64,000 nucleotides of DNA from Actinomycetota bacterium. Lineage in GTDB: Bacteria; Actinomycetota; Acidimicrobiia; Actinomarinales; Actinomarinaceae. The notes under the pieces are model-generated. The model was not told the DNA's origin. It ran no database searches and was given only the letters and a program-made list of their open reading frames with translations. Positions 28,323 through 36,796 of this stretch are shown here, piece after piece; position 1 is the first letter of the stretch; each line of letters opens with the position of its first letter. A program made the translations under genes and the position numbers. The stretch is from contig JACNGE010000011.1 of assembly GCA_014384285.1 (NCBI GenBank), positions 20,617 to 84,616 on the forward strand, read 5' to 3'.

Positions 28323-29088
28323 TTTTTAAACTAGCTTCAAGAATCATTTTTACGGACTCTGACATATTTTTTTGGTATTCATCTTTGGTTAACGATTCTC
28401 CTGTAGCTTGATCGCCCGCAACTAAAAGGACTGCACCTGTACGAAGTCTTCTATATGAACCAACAACGAATAATGTGGCAGCTTCCATTTCTGAACATAA
28501 AACACCGCCTTTAACCCATGCATCCCATTTTTGTAATAATTCTGCAGCTATGGGCATGTCTTCAGGACTATGTTGTCCATAAAAAGAATCCTTCGATTGA
28601 ACAATTCCAACATGATGTGCTAGTTGAGCTTTCAGTGCTGCCTCTTTAAGGGCCATTACCATGTCATGAGAAGCCACTGCAGGAAATTCTATAGGCATAT
28701 ATTGGACTGAAGTACCTTCGAATCTAACTGCGCCTGTGGCTATTACCTTATCTCCGGCTTTTGTATATTCCTGCATTGCACCAGACGTACCCATTCTCAC
28801 TAATGTCTTAGCTCCTATATTTGCAAGTTCTTCAACAGCTATTGCTGTGGAAGGGCAACCTATACCTGTTGAAGTCACTGAAACAGATCTTCCTTTATAT
28901 TTTCCAGTCATTGTTTTATATTCTCTATTGTCAGCTACTAATTCTGCTGTATCAAAGTGATCAGCAATAAATTCTACTCTTCCTGGATCTCCTGGTAAGA
29001 TAACAAAATCTGCAACGTCACCTTTTTTCATCTGAATATGATATTGAATTTCACCTTTTAGGAGCCCACCTTTTTCTTTATTACTCAT
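28300..29088 (-). CDS. purine/uridine nucleoside phosphorylase, PNP/UDP family 1
   Basis: 262 aa. ..GDPGRVEFIA.. and ..VSVTSTGIGCPSTAIAVEEL..VRMGTSGA.. / ..SEMEAATLF.. are hallmarks of DeoD/Udp-type phosphorylases. Confidence 0.75.
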   Translation of the reverse strand: MSNKEKGGLLKGEIQYHIQMKKGDVADFVILPGDPGRVEFIADHFDTAELVADNREYKTMTGKYKGRSVSVTSTGIGCPSTAIAVEELANIGAKTLVRMGTSGAMQEYTKAGDKVIATGAVRFEGTSVQYMPIEFPAVASHDMVMALKEAALKAQLAHHVGIVQSKDSFYGQHSPEDMPIAAELLQKWDAWVKGGVLCSEMEAATLFVVGSYRRLRTGAVLLVAGDQATGESLTKDEYQKNMSESVKMILEASLKIEEEDNA

Positions 29089-29821
29089 TTTTTCTATCCT
29101 TTTCCATACTATTTATACCTTCTAGAACCATTTTTGTCATTTTTTTTACAGTTTCTTCATCTGAAACCTCTACAGCTAAAACAGCACTAGCTTTTAATTT
29201 TTTTATTTGAGCTAACGTAAATAAAGTAGCTGCCTCCATTTCAGATGCTCCTACTCCTCCTTTTTGCCAAGCTGTCCATTTGTTGTTGAGATAAGGTGCA
29301 ACTGGCATCCTTTCTGGCTCAACTTCTCCAAAAAATGAATCTTTTGACTGACAAGTCCCGACTTTTGTTTCAATACCTAAATCTTTCGATGCTTTTATTA
29401 GATTTGCAACTAATTCATAATCAGCAACTGCTGGGTATTCAATTGGTATGTACTGTTTTGAAGTTCCATCATCTCTTACTGCACCCGTCGCAATAAAGAT
29501 ATCTCCTTTTTTTACTGTTTTTTCTACTGCTCCTGAGGTACCAATTCTAATAAAAACTTCAGCACCTATATAAGCTAGCTCTTCGACTGCAATCGCTGTT
29601 GAAGGACATCCTATTCCTGTTGAAACTACAGATACATCTGTACCTTTATAGGTTCCTCTTGCAGCATTAAACTCTCTATTACTTCCTTGCATTTCATAAT
29701 CGTCAAATACTGAAGCAATTATTTCTACCCTGTTTGGATCGCCCGGTACTATTACATACCGGGCAACCTCGTCGATCGTTAAGGGTAAGTGTTTAACCTG
29801 CTCAACTTTGTTATTGAACAT
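29081..29821 (-). CDS. second PNP/UDP family 1 nucleoside phosphorylase
   Basis: 246 aa. ..VIVPGDPNRVEIIA..VSVVSTGIGCPSTAIAVEEL..IRIGTSGA..SEMEAATLF.. Paralogous to the preceding gene. Confidence 0.75.
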   Translation of the reverse strand: MFNNKVEQVKHLPLTIDEVARYVIVPGDPNRVEIIASVFDDYEMQGSNREFNAARGTYKGTDVSVVSTGIGCPSTAIAVEELAYIGAEVFIRIGTSGAVEKTVKKGDIFIATGAVRDDGTSKQYIPIEYPAVADYELVANLIKASKDLGIETKVGTCQSKDSFFGEVEPERMPVAPYLNNKWTAWQKGGVGASEMEAATLFTLAQIKKLKASAVLAVEVSDEETVKKMTKMVLEGINSMEKDRKNE

Positions 29822-29852
29822 AATTAAATACCTTCGTTTATTCTTTTAGTTT

Positions 29853-30044
29853 TTAACTTTTTAATCTAATAACAGCTATTCCACACAATATTGTAAGGAA
29901 ACCAGCTAAAAGACATAGCCCTGCAAGCATTCCGAATGCTGCATCACCTTGTATCTCTGATGCTGCGTATGGATACACCATATACATCACTCCGAGACCA
30001 GCAATACCAGCACCAAGACCATCTTTAGATGTTACTTCTTTCAT
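29853..30044 (-). CDS. small membrane protein (hypothetical, 63 aa)
   Basis: Two hydrophobic segments. Lies between the ECF S gene and the PNP genes. Confidence 0.3.
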   Translation of the reverse strand: MKEVTSKDGLGAGIAGLGVMYMVYPYAASEIQGDAAFGMLAGLCLLAGFLTILCGIAVIRLKS

Positions 30045-30055
30045 ATTATCTACTC

Positions 30056-30745
30056 CTATAGGTTCATAGATACGACTGTAAGAATAACTCCTACAACTGT
30101 ACCTGCTGTAATTAAGACAACTTTACCCATGCTTTCAGCTTTCATTATTGGTCCAGTTACCTGCAAATTAGTAGGTAGTGCTCCAATTATTGCTAACGCC
30201 AAGAATGACGAAAGAATTTTATCAGCTGAAGAAACAATTATGTTACTTGAAAATACTGAAGTCCACATATCTCCTCCTGCTGCAAGTAAACCTGCAGTAA
30301 GAACATCTGATGCGTGACCTGTTGCTCCTCCGAACACAAATATAACTATTGGTGCAGCCATTAACGAAACGCCTACGCCTGAAGCTATAGACAATCCAAA
30401 GAATTTGAGCTTGTCGTTTGCCCAACCCCATTTAGTTCCATATCCCCAAATCAATGCACCGACAACGTTACACGCTGCAAATGGTATTGATGTTGGACCT
30501 GTGATGAAGCCAGCTGTAACGTTGGTAATAACGCCAACAAGTGCTCCCCACCAAGGACCGATTGTCATAGCAACAACTGCTGTTCCAATCATATCTAGGA
30601 ATATAGGTAATTTTAGCGCACTGGCTACTGTTCCTCCAATTACGTTCATAACGGAAGCAACTGGTACTAACGCAATAACATAAGTTAAAGGTATACCACC
30701 GCCTGTCGCACTACTTAGTTGTTGTGAAGTATCTTGATCTTTCAC
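30056..30745 (-). CDS. putative ECF transporter substrate-specific (S) component
   Basis: 229 aa, ~6 TM helices, Gly-rich. ..LPIFLDMIGTAVV.. resembles S-component core helices. Position between the ecfA genes and ecfT. Confidence 0.45.
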   Translation of the reverse strand: MKDQDTSQQLSSATGGGIPLTYVIALVPVASVMNVIGGTVASALKLPIFLDMIGTAVVAMTIGPWWGALVGVITNVTAGFITGPTSIPFAACNVVGALIWGYGTKWGWANDKLKFFGLSIASGVGVSLMAAPIVIFVFGGATGHASDVLTAGLLAAGGDMWTSVFSSNIIVSSADKILSSFLALAIIGALPTNLQVTGPIMKAESMGKVVLITAGTVVGVILTVVSMNL

Positions 30746-30790
30746 AAATAACCCCCTTCTATATTTATATTTTTTTAATATAAATTAGTT

Positions 30791-30900
30791 TTTTTTACGG
30801 TGGACCTTTCAAAACACCGTCAGATTTTTTTACGGTGGGCCATGAAACACCGTCAGATTTTTTTACGGTGGGCCATGAAACACCGTCAGGTTTTTTTACG
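30791..30900. repeat. three tandem ~34-bp repeats, each a 6-bp-stem hairpin (ACGGTG-N10-12-CACCGT) flanked by T/A runs
   Basis: Seen directly: tacgg recurs at 30796, 30831, 30865 and 30898. Units: ttttttACGGTGgacctttcaaaaCACCGTcagat / tttttttACGGTGggccatgaaaCACCGTcagat / ttttttACGGTGggccatgaaaCACCGTcagg. Lies in the leader of the ECF S gene. Confidence 0.7.
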
Positions 30901-30936
30901 GTGGTTTACCTAATAAACATCGCTATATAATTTAAT
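30888..30936. promoter_or_regulatory. copy 1 of a ~48-bp conserved element (aggtttttttacggtggtttacctaataaacatcgctatataattta); includes a -10-like TATAAT when read on the + strand
   Basis: ~85% identical to 32731-32778, the second copy upstream of ecfA1 and the P450 gene. Read from the sequence. Confidence 0.35.
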
Positions 30937-31064
30937 TTATTACGAACTCGAAGGAGAAAGTTTAAACTAATTCACATATAACTTGATTTTATAAAATTAA
31001 AAGTAACTTTGCTAATTCTTACATAATTTTTTTTAATTTAATTTGCTTTTTCTAGATATTTTTT

Positions 31065-31874
31065 TTATGTGTATTTAAGAGCATCTTCAACAGAAAGTAT
31101 TGCCTTTTTATTATTTCCAAAATTTTTCGCCTCTGCAAAAGCGGTTATCTGTGGAGGTTTTAAATTGGTTTTTTCTAATATAGGTTTATTAATGAATAGA
31201 TCAGTTGGTGGTCCGTCAAATATTAATTCAGTATTACACATTACAAGAACTCTGTCTGTCTCTTCAACCACTAATGGCATGTCATGGGATACAACAATTA
31301 CTGTTTTTCCTTGACTTTTTAGCTTTTCCATGGAGTCTTTAATAGTTTTAACTCCTGAATAATCTTGACCTGTAGTAGGTTCATCAAGAACTACTACATT
31401 AGGTTCCATTGCAATTATTGAGGCCATCGCTACTGTTTTTCTTAAAGAAAAACCGAGACGATAGGGATTTAGTTCCAAATACTCTGTAAGTAAAAATTCT
31501 TCTGCTATTTCTATAACTTTTGTTTCTACTTCAGACTCATTTAACCCGATATTTTTCAACCCAAAAGAAAGCTCTTCATGAACTGAAGCTGCAAATATCT
31601 GGTGATTAGGATTCTGAAATACATAGCCCACCTGCCTAGCAAGTTTGCCTACTGGGTTTTCTCTTGTATTGAGATCTCCTATCATGATGTCTCCATCTGT
31701 TGGCTTAAGCAAACCATTGAAATGTTTTACAAGTGTTGTTTTACCTGATCCATTTTGACCAACTACTGAAACTATCTCTCCTTGCTCAATAGTTACATCA
31801 ACATCTTTAATCGCTTGAACCCCATTTGGATAGGTGTGTGCTACTTTCGTACAATTTATATTTGTTTCACTCAT
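31065..31874 (-). CDS. ecfA: ECF transporter ATP-binding protein (EcfA2-like ABC ATPase)
   Basis: 269 aa. Walker A GQNGSGKTT, signature ..LSGGQ.. region, Walker B ..VVLDEPTTGQD.. Confidence 0.8.
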   Translation of the reverse strand: MSETNINCTKVAHTYPNGVQAIKDVDVTIEQGEIVSVVGQNGSGKTTLVKHFNGLLKPTDGDIMIGDLNTRENPVGKLARQVGYVFQNPNHQIFAASVHEELSFGLKNIGLNESEVETKVIEIAEEFLLTEYLELNPYRLGFSLRKTVAMASIIAMEPNVVVLDEPTTGQDYSGVKTIKDSMEKLKSQGKTVIVVSHDMPLVVEETDRVLVMCNTELIFDGPPTDLFINKPILEKTNLKPPQITAFAEAKNFGNNKKAILSVEDALKYT

Positions 31875-32704
31875 TATTTATATCCTTTCACTGCTTGGTC
31901 CACTGTAACTGGGATTCCTTCTTTAAATTTATCAGGAACTCTTGAAGCAAAATCTGTAATTTGAGGTATTCTCACTCCCACTTCACTTTGAATATTAACA
32001 ATATTTGGGAAAATCTCTTCAGGGCTTCCAACTTGAGTAATTTTACCTTCTTCTAATAGAATGACTTTATCGGCATACTCAGCTATTACTTCGACTTCAT
32101 GTTCTGCAATTATGACTGTCAACCCTTCCTCCTGATTGATTCGTCTAGTGACTGTAAAAACTTCTTCTTTGCCTATGGGATCAAGGTTAGAAGTTGGCTC
32201 ATCAAGAACTAAAATCTGAGGCTTCATTGAAAGAGCGGAGGCCATGGCAAGCCTCTGTTGTTGGCCCCCAGAAATTTCAAATGGTGACCTTTCTTCAAAT
32301 CCTGCGAGTCCTACTAGTTCCAATGATGTAGTTATATTTTTAATTATTGTTTCTTTATCGACACCTAAATTCTGTAGTCCTAAAGCGACTTCTTCAAAAA
32401 CAGTTAGCTGACTCATTTGAAATTCTGGATTATCAAAAACACTTCCAACTTTACTCGCAAGCTCTCTTACTGGAATTTTAGGAGGTACTTCACCTGCCAC
32501 TTCAATTTTTCCAAACATATCAGCCTGGATCATATTTGGGACTATCCCGTTTATTGACAAGCAGAGAGTAGTTTTTCCGGCTCCGTGAGCTCCCAAAATG
32601 GCTATAAACTCTCCTTCTTCAACTTCAAGAGAGATTTTATCTAAAGCTTTTTCTTCTTGTTCTAAATATTGAACTGAAAGGTTTTCAATTTTAATAATGG
32701 ACAT
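31874..32704 (-). CDS. ecfA: ECF transporter ATP-binding protein (EcfA1-like ABC ATPase)
   Basis: 276 aa. Walker A GAHGAGKTT, ..ISGGQQQRLAMASAL.., Walker B ..LVLDEPTSNLD.. Overlaps the next ATPase gene by 1 nt. Confidence 0.8.
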   Translation of the reverse strand: MSIIKIENLSVQYLEQEEKALDKISLEVEEGEFIAILGAHGAGKTTLCLSINGIVPNMIQADMFGKIEVAGEVPPKIPVRELASKVGSVFDNPEFQMSQLTVFEEVALGLQNLGVDKETIIKNITTSLELVGLAGFEERSPFEISGGQQQRLAMASALSMKPQILVLDEPTSNLDPIGKEEVFTVTRRINQEEGLTVIIAEHEVEVIAEYADKVILLEEGKITQVGSPEEIFPNIVNIQSEVGVRIPQITDFASRVPDKFKEGIPVTVDQAVKGYK

Positions 32705-32730
32705 TAATACCCCTTTTTTTTGTAAAATTC

Positions 32731-32778
32731 AGGTTTTTTTACGAAGGTTATCCTATTAAACATCGATTATATAACTTA
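32731..32778. promoter_or_regulatory. copy 2 of the ~48-bp conserved element, in the divergent ecfA1 / P450 intergenic region
   Basis: aggtttttttacgaaggttatcctattaaacatcgattatataactta. On the + strand it has a TTATCC-N16-TATAAC promoter-like arrangement pointing at the P450 gene. Confidence 0.35.
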
Positions 32779-32898
32779 AATAGTTGTAAGTTTTTATATT
32801 TTTTTATAATATCATCTTGTTAGATTTCTTGCTTTTGTTTTAGATAATTTTTTAATTTTTTTTTGACAGACTCATTTTTAGCTACTTAAAATTGAAAC

Positions 32899-34143
32899 AT
32901 GAATATTCCAGAACTACATTTACCGACTTTAGATCAAGATTTTATCAAAGATCCTTATTCCACCTTTGAAGAATATAGAAGTAAAACTCCAATTTTTTGG
33001 GATGAAATTAATAATCTCTTGTTTGTAACGCGTCATAAAGATGTTAGAAATATACAAACAAGTAAGATGTTTGGAACAACACATAGTCATATAGAAAATT
33101 TTGAAGGTGATGTAGAATCCTCAAATGTTCCCCTGACTTATGTAGGTTATAAAAGATCAGAAAAATATGAATCTTACGATTACTTCTGGAAATCAGAGCA
33201 ATTTTCACTTTTAAACCTTGAAGGAACTATGCATAAAGAGTTACGAGGATTAGTTGCTAAAGCTTTTTTACCAAGATCTGTTCAAAAACTTGTTCCATTT
33301 ATGGAAAAGAAATCTAAAGAATTATTAAGTAATACGAACGGCTCGAACTTTGATTTGCTTAAAGATTATGCCCAACCTTATTCAATTAGCATTATTGGAG
33401 AACTTCTAGGAGTTCCTGCATCAGACCATGCAAAGTTTTTAGACTGGTCTCATAAAATAGTAAAAATGTACGATTTTAAAGTTGATGATGTTGATGCTAT
33501 GAATGCCGAGAATGCTGCCAAAGACTTTTTTGATTACGCTCAAGATTTACTCAACAGAAGAAGGATTGACCCCCAAGATGATATGATTACTCGACTATCT
33601 CAAGTAAGCGAGAATGATGTTCGATTAACTGACCATCAAATTATTTGTACAATAATACTTCTATTAAATGCAGGTCACGAGGCTACAGTAAATACTCTCG
33701 GAAATGGATTTTATGGATTACTCTCCAATGAAAAAACTTATGAAGAAGTATCAGAAGAATCATCAACTATGACGGATGTTGTTGAGGAACTTATTAGGTG
33801 GGATAGTCCTCTACAGTTTTTTCAAAGATATGTTCTTGAAGATACTGAAATTGAAAACTTTAAGATTCCAAAAGGCTCTAAGGTTGCAATTTTACTGGGT
33901 TCAGCCAATAGGGACCCTGCGGTCTTTGAAAATCCTTCAGAGTTAAATTTTAATAGGGAAAATAAAGACCATAGCAGCTGGGGTGGTGGTATCCATTTCT
34001 GTATTGGAGCTCATCTGGCAAGGTTAGAGTTAGAGGTCTCTTTTGAGCATCTTCTTAAAAAGAATCTACTATTAAAAACTGAGCCTGAAAGAACTGGAGC
34101 TTTTGGTATTAGAGGTTACGAGAACCTCTTAGTAACAACTTAA
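32899..34143 (+). CDS. cytochrome P450
   Basis: 414 aa. Heme-thiolate loop WGGGIHFCIGAHLARLE (FxxGxxxCxG), ExxR EELIRWDSP, and I-helix-like ..LLLNAGHEAT.. Confidence 0.85.
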   Translation: MNIPELHLPTLDQDFIKDPYSTFEEYRSKTPIFWDEINNLLFVTRHKDVRNIQTSKMFGTTHSHIENFEGDVESSNVPLTYVGYKRSEKYESYDYFWKSEQFSLLNLEGTMHKELRGLVAKAFLPRSVQKLVPFMEKKSKELLSNTNGSNFDLLKDYAQPYSISIIGELLGVPASDHAKFLDWSHKIVKMYDFKVDDVDAMNAENAAKDFFDYAQDLLNRRRIDPQDDMITRLSQVSENDVRLTDHQIICTIILLLNAGHEATVNTLGNGFYGLLSNEKTYEEVSEESSTMTDVVEELIRWDSPLQFFQRYVLEDTEIENFKIPKGSKVAILLGSANRDPAVFENPSELNFNRENKDHSSWGGGIHFCIGAHLARLELEVSFEHLLKKNLLLKTEPERTGAFGIRGYENLLVTT

Positions 34144-34154
34144 ATAATTTTAAT

Positions 34155-34658
34155 TTAAGAACTAAATTCTTTTATTGCAGATAAAAGTTCATCTATATTG
34201 AGTACTTTTGTAGAAATCATTCCTTCAGTAAAGAGATTTCTATATCTTCTTTCTTCAGCTGTAATCGCTATTACTGGTTTCTCATTAGCATATGTGAACC
34301 CAATTTCAGAGGCTGTACCTGAGTCAATATCCTGTCCAGTTATTAGTGCAACAGTTGCATCTGACCAGTTAAGTGCATCTAAATCTGCCTTAAATATGGC
34401 ATCCTTTGTTGATTGAGTCATATTGTTATCTTTAAATTCTTCAGGATCAATTACAAGTCCGGAAACTTTTGTTTTATCCCTATGTGGCACGAAACACTCA
34501 TATCCCGCTTCTTCTAAAACTGCTGCTATGTCTTCAAGATATTTTTTTTCATGTACGTTAAATAGTGGTCCTGCGATGTATATTTTCTTAATCATATTAT
34601 TTAAACTAAAAGCTTTTCGCTGAATCAACAAGTTAAAAAAGTAGTATTTTTCTACCAA
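34155..34658 (-). CDS. nucleoside 2-deoxyribosyltransferase family protein (possible nucleoside/nucleotide N-glycosidase)
   Basis: 167 aa. ..IYIAGPLFN.. N-terminal motif and ..DSGTASEIGFTYA.. near the C-terminus match the NDT/DNPH1/MilB-type signature, including the catalytic Glu. Confidence 0.65.
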   Translation of the reverse strand: MVEKYYFFNLLIQRKAFSLNNMIKKIYIAGPLFNVHEKKYLEDIAAVLEEAGYECFVPHRDKTKVSGLVIDPEEFKDNNMTQSTKDAIFKADLDALNWSDATVALITGQDIDSGTASEIGFTYANEKPVIAITAEERRYRNLFTEGMISTKVLNIDELLSAIKEFSS

Positions 34659-34686
34659 TTATCTCAATAAGTCTTAAACTCTTTTT

Positions 34687-35853
34687 ATGGGTAATTCTAA
34701 AAAATATGGTATGAATACCAAAGCTATTCATACCAAAAAAAGAGTTGAGCTTCCAACAGGTGACGTGATGCCTCCAATACATTTATCTACAACCTTTGAA
34801 AACTCTCAACCTGGTGAATACGAATACTTCTATGGAAGGAGTGGTAACCCAACTAGAGAACTATTTGAAAGAACAATGGCATCTCTCGAAGGGGTAGAAG
34901 ATTTTGAATCTATGCACTCATTTGGAATGGCCTCTGGAATGGCTGCTGTAACACTAATTGGTGAGTTGGTCGAACCTGGTGAAAATGTTGTGATTACTAG
35001 AGATGTATACGGAGGTACTACTAGGTTTTTTTCACAGGTAATGAAAAAAAGGGGTATTGAAGTAAACTTTTGCGATCTTTATGATGAAGAAAAACTAACC
35101 TCTTTAATCAATGAGAAGACAAAGTTGGTATGGTTTGAATCCCCTTCTAATCCAAGAATAAATATTTTTGATATTGCCAAATATGCAGACATAGTGCACA
35201 AAAGTAATGCCTATTTAGTTGCTGATGGTACATTTACCTCACCATTTATAACAAGACACCTTGAACATGGTGTAGATATTGTGTTTCATTCGACAACAAA
35301 ATATATAGGTGGGCATAGTGACACTCTGGGTGGTGTTGTAACAACAAATAATGAAAAAGTCTGGGAAGTCTTGTTTGAATACCAAAAAACAAGCGGTGCA
35401 ATTATGTCACCATTCGATGCTTATCTCTGCCAAAGAGGTTTATATACGTTAGGACCTAGACTTGCCATGCACTCTGCAAATGCCCATAAGTTGGCTGAAT
35501 ACCTAGAAAACTCTGAACATATTAAGGAAGTATTTTATCCAGGGCTACAAAGTAATCCTCATTACTTAATAGCTGAAAAACAAATGGACATGTTTGGTGG
35601 AATGCTAAGTTTCAATGTTGAAGACCATATAAATCTCAAATTATTTTGGGAGAATTTAGAACTTTTTAAATTAGCAGTAAGTTTAGGTGGCGTTGAATCA
35701 TTAATCGAATTGCCTAGGCTAATGACTCATGATTCTGCTGAAGGGACTGAGGCATCAATTGATGATGATCTTGTACGAATCTCTGTGGGATTAGAAAATA
35801 CAGAAGACCTTATAAGTGATTTAGAGTCCGCATTAAATGCTGCAAAGAAATAA
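34687..35853 (+). CDS. PLP-dependent Cys/Met-metabolism enzyme (cystathionine gamma-synthase/beta-lyase/methionine gamma-lyase family)
   Basis: 388 aa. ..DIVFHSTTKYIGGHSD.. (PLP-lysine motif S/TTKY..GH) and overall family collinearity. Confidence 0.8.
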   Translation: MGNSKKYGMNTKAIHTKKRVELPTGDVMPPIHLSTTFENSQPGEYEYFYGRSGNPTRELFERTMASLEGVEDFESMHSFGMASGMAAVTLIGELVEPGENVVITRDVYGGTTRFFSQVMKKRGIEVNFCDLYDEEKLTSLINEKTKLVWFESPSNPRINIFDIAKYADIVHKSNAYLVADGTFTSPFITRHLEHGVDIVFHSTTKYIGGHSDTLGGVVTTNNEKVWEVLFEYQKTSGAIMSPFDAYLCQRGLYTLGPRLAMHSANAHKLAEYLENSEHIKEVFYPGLQSNPHYLIAEKQMDMFGGMLSFNVEDHINLKLFWENLELFKLAVSLGGVESLIELPRLMTHDSAEGTEASIDDDLVRISVGLENTEDLISDLESALNAAKK

Positions 35854-36796
35854 ACTTAATCCTTTCTCACTTGCTTTAATAAGTATTTTCACTACATTTT
35901 TACTATTTGCATTCTTTGGGTACAACGGCTGGGGGCCAGCAGCAGAAAATGAACAAGCTATTGGTGAGATTTCTAGATGGTGTGAACGTGTAAGTAGTGG
36001 ATTCTTTAGAGAACCAGCAAATACTTTAGGAAACTTAGGATTTGTAGTTGTCGGTTTGTATATGTTTTTTAGACTTTCAAAAGATGCCACACAGGGAAAT
36101 ACTCCTCTATTTGGATCATTCAAGATTGCTCTTCTTTACGCCTCAGCATCTACCTTTTTAGGACCAGCTTCAATGGCTATGCATGGAACTCATACTAGAT
36201 TTGGAGCGTGGTTAGACAATGTGTCAATGATTTCTTACATTCTTATTTTATGGATTTACAACTTAAAGAAACTCACAAAATTCTCTTCACGGACATTCTT
36301 CATAATATATTCAACACTTTTAGCATATTACGCCTATAGCTATTGGTATCTTGATAGCGGATTGGGGATTGGTGTTGACTTATTTGAACTTAGTATTGGT
36401 TTGTGGATTGCTACTGAAGTACTAGTAAAGATGCCGAATATTTATGGGAGACTACTTTCTGGTTTAACCGTCTTGTTAACTCAACAGCTTTTTGGTAGTT
36501 CTGTTATTGATTCTCTACAGAACCTACAAGAAAACTGGGAGATGCTTTTATATTTTATTCCAGCTTTAATTCCTAATTTAGAGGGGGGTACTATTAGAAA
36601 GTACACTCCATGGTTCTTTATTGGTGTTGCTTCATTCTTTGGTGCACTTATTATCTGGGAAACTGGTGTCCCTGACCATCCATGGTGTGAGCCAGATTCA
36701 TGGCTACAGGCGCACATGGTTTGGCATTTACTTTGTGCAGCAGCAACTTTAAGTTTCTTTAATTTTTTTAGAACTGAAAGAACAATTACGGTCTGA
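35837..36796 (+). CDS. integral membrane protein (hypothetical; ceramidase-like hydrolase is a weak possibility)
   Basis: 319 aa, ~7 TM helices, conserved His residues (..MHGTHTRF.., ..WHLLCAAA..). Overlaps the upstream PLP-enzyme gene by 17 nt. Confidence 0.35.
   Translation: MLQRNKLNPFSLALISIFTTFLLFAFFGYNGWGPAAENEQAIGEISRWCERVSSGFFREPANTLGNLGFVVVGLYMFFRLSKDATQGNTPLFGSFKIALLYASASTFLGPASMAMHGTHTRFGAWLDNVSMISYILILWIYNLKKLTKFSSRTFFIIYSTLLAYYAYSYWYLDSGLGIGVDLFELSIGLWIATEVLVKMPNIYGRLLSGLTVLLTQQLFGSSVIDSLQNLQENWEMLLYFIPALIPNLEGGTIRKYTPWFFIGVASFFGALIIWETGVPDHPWCEPDSWLQAHMVWHLLCAAATLSFFNFFRTERTITV

Noticed and set aside
30791-30900. CRISPR array
   Set aside because: Only three or four units. The units abut each other with no unique spacers. 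Period is ~34 bp with no cas genes.
30791-30936. Confident assignment as a tandem preQ1-I riboswitch
   Set aside because: The architecture is suggestive: a short hairpin plus an A-rich tail, in tandem, upstream of an ECF S gene. But the loop sequence (UUUCAUGGCC) and the tail (AAAAAAAUCUG) do not reproduce the conserved loop/tail pseudoknot pairing (UAG/CUA) that I recall for preQ1-I. This is kept only as a hypothesis inside the repeat finding.
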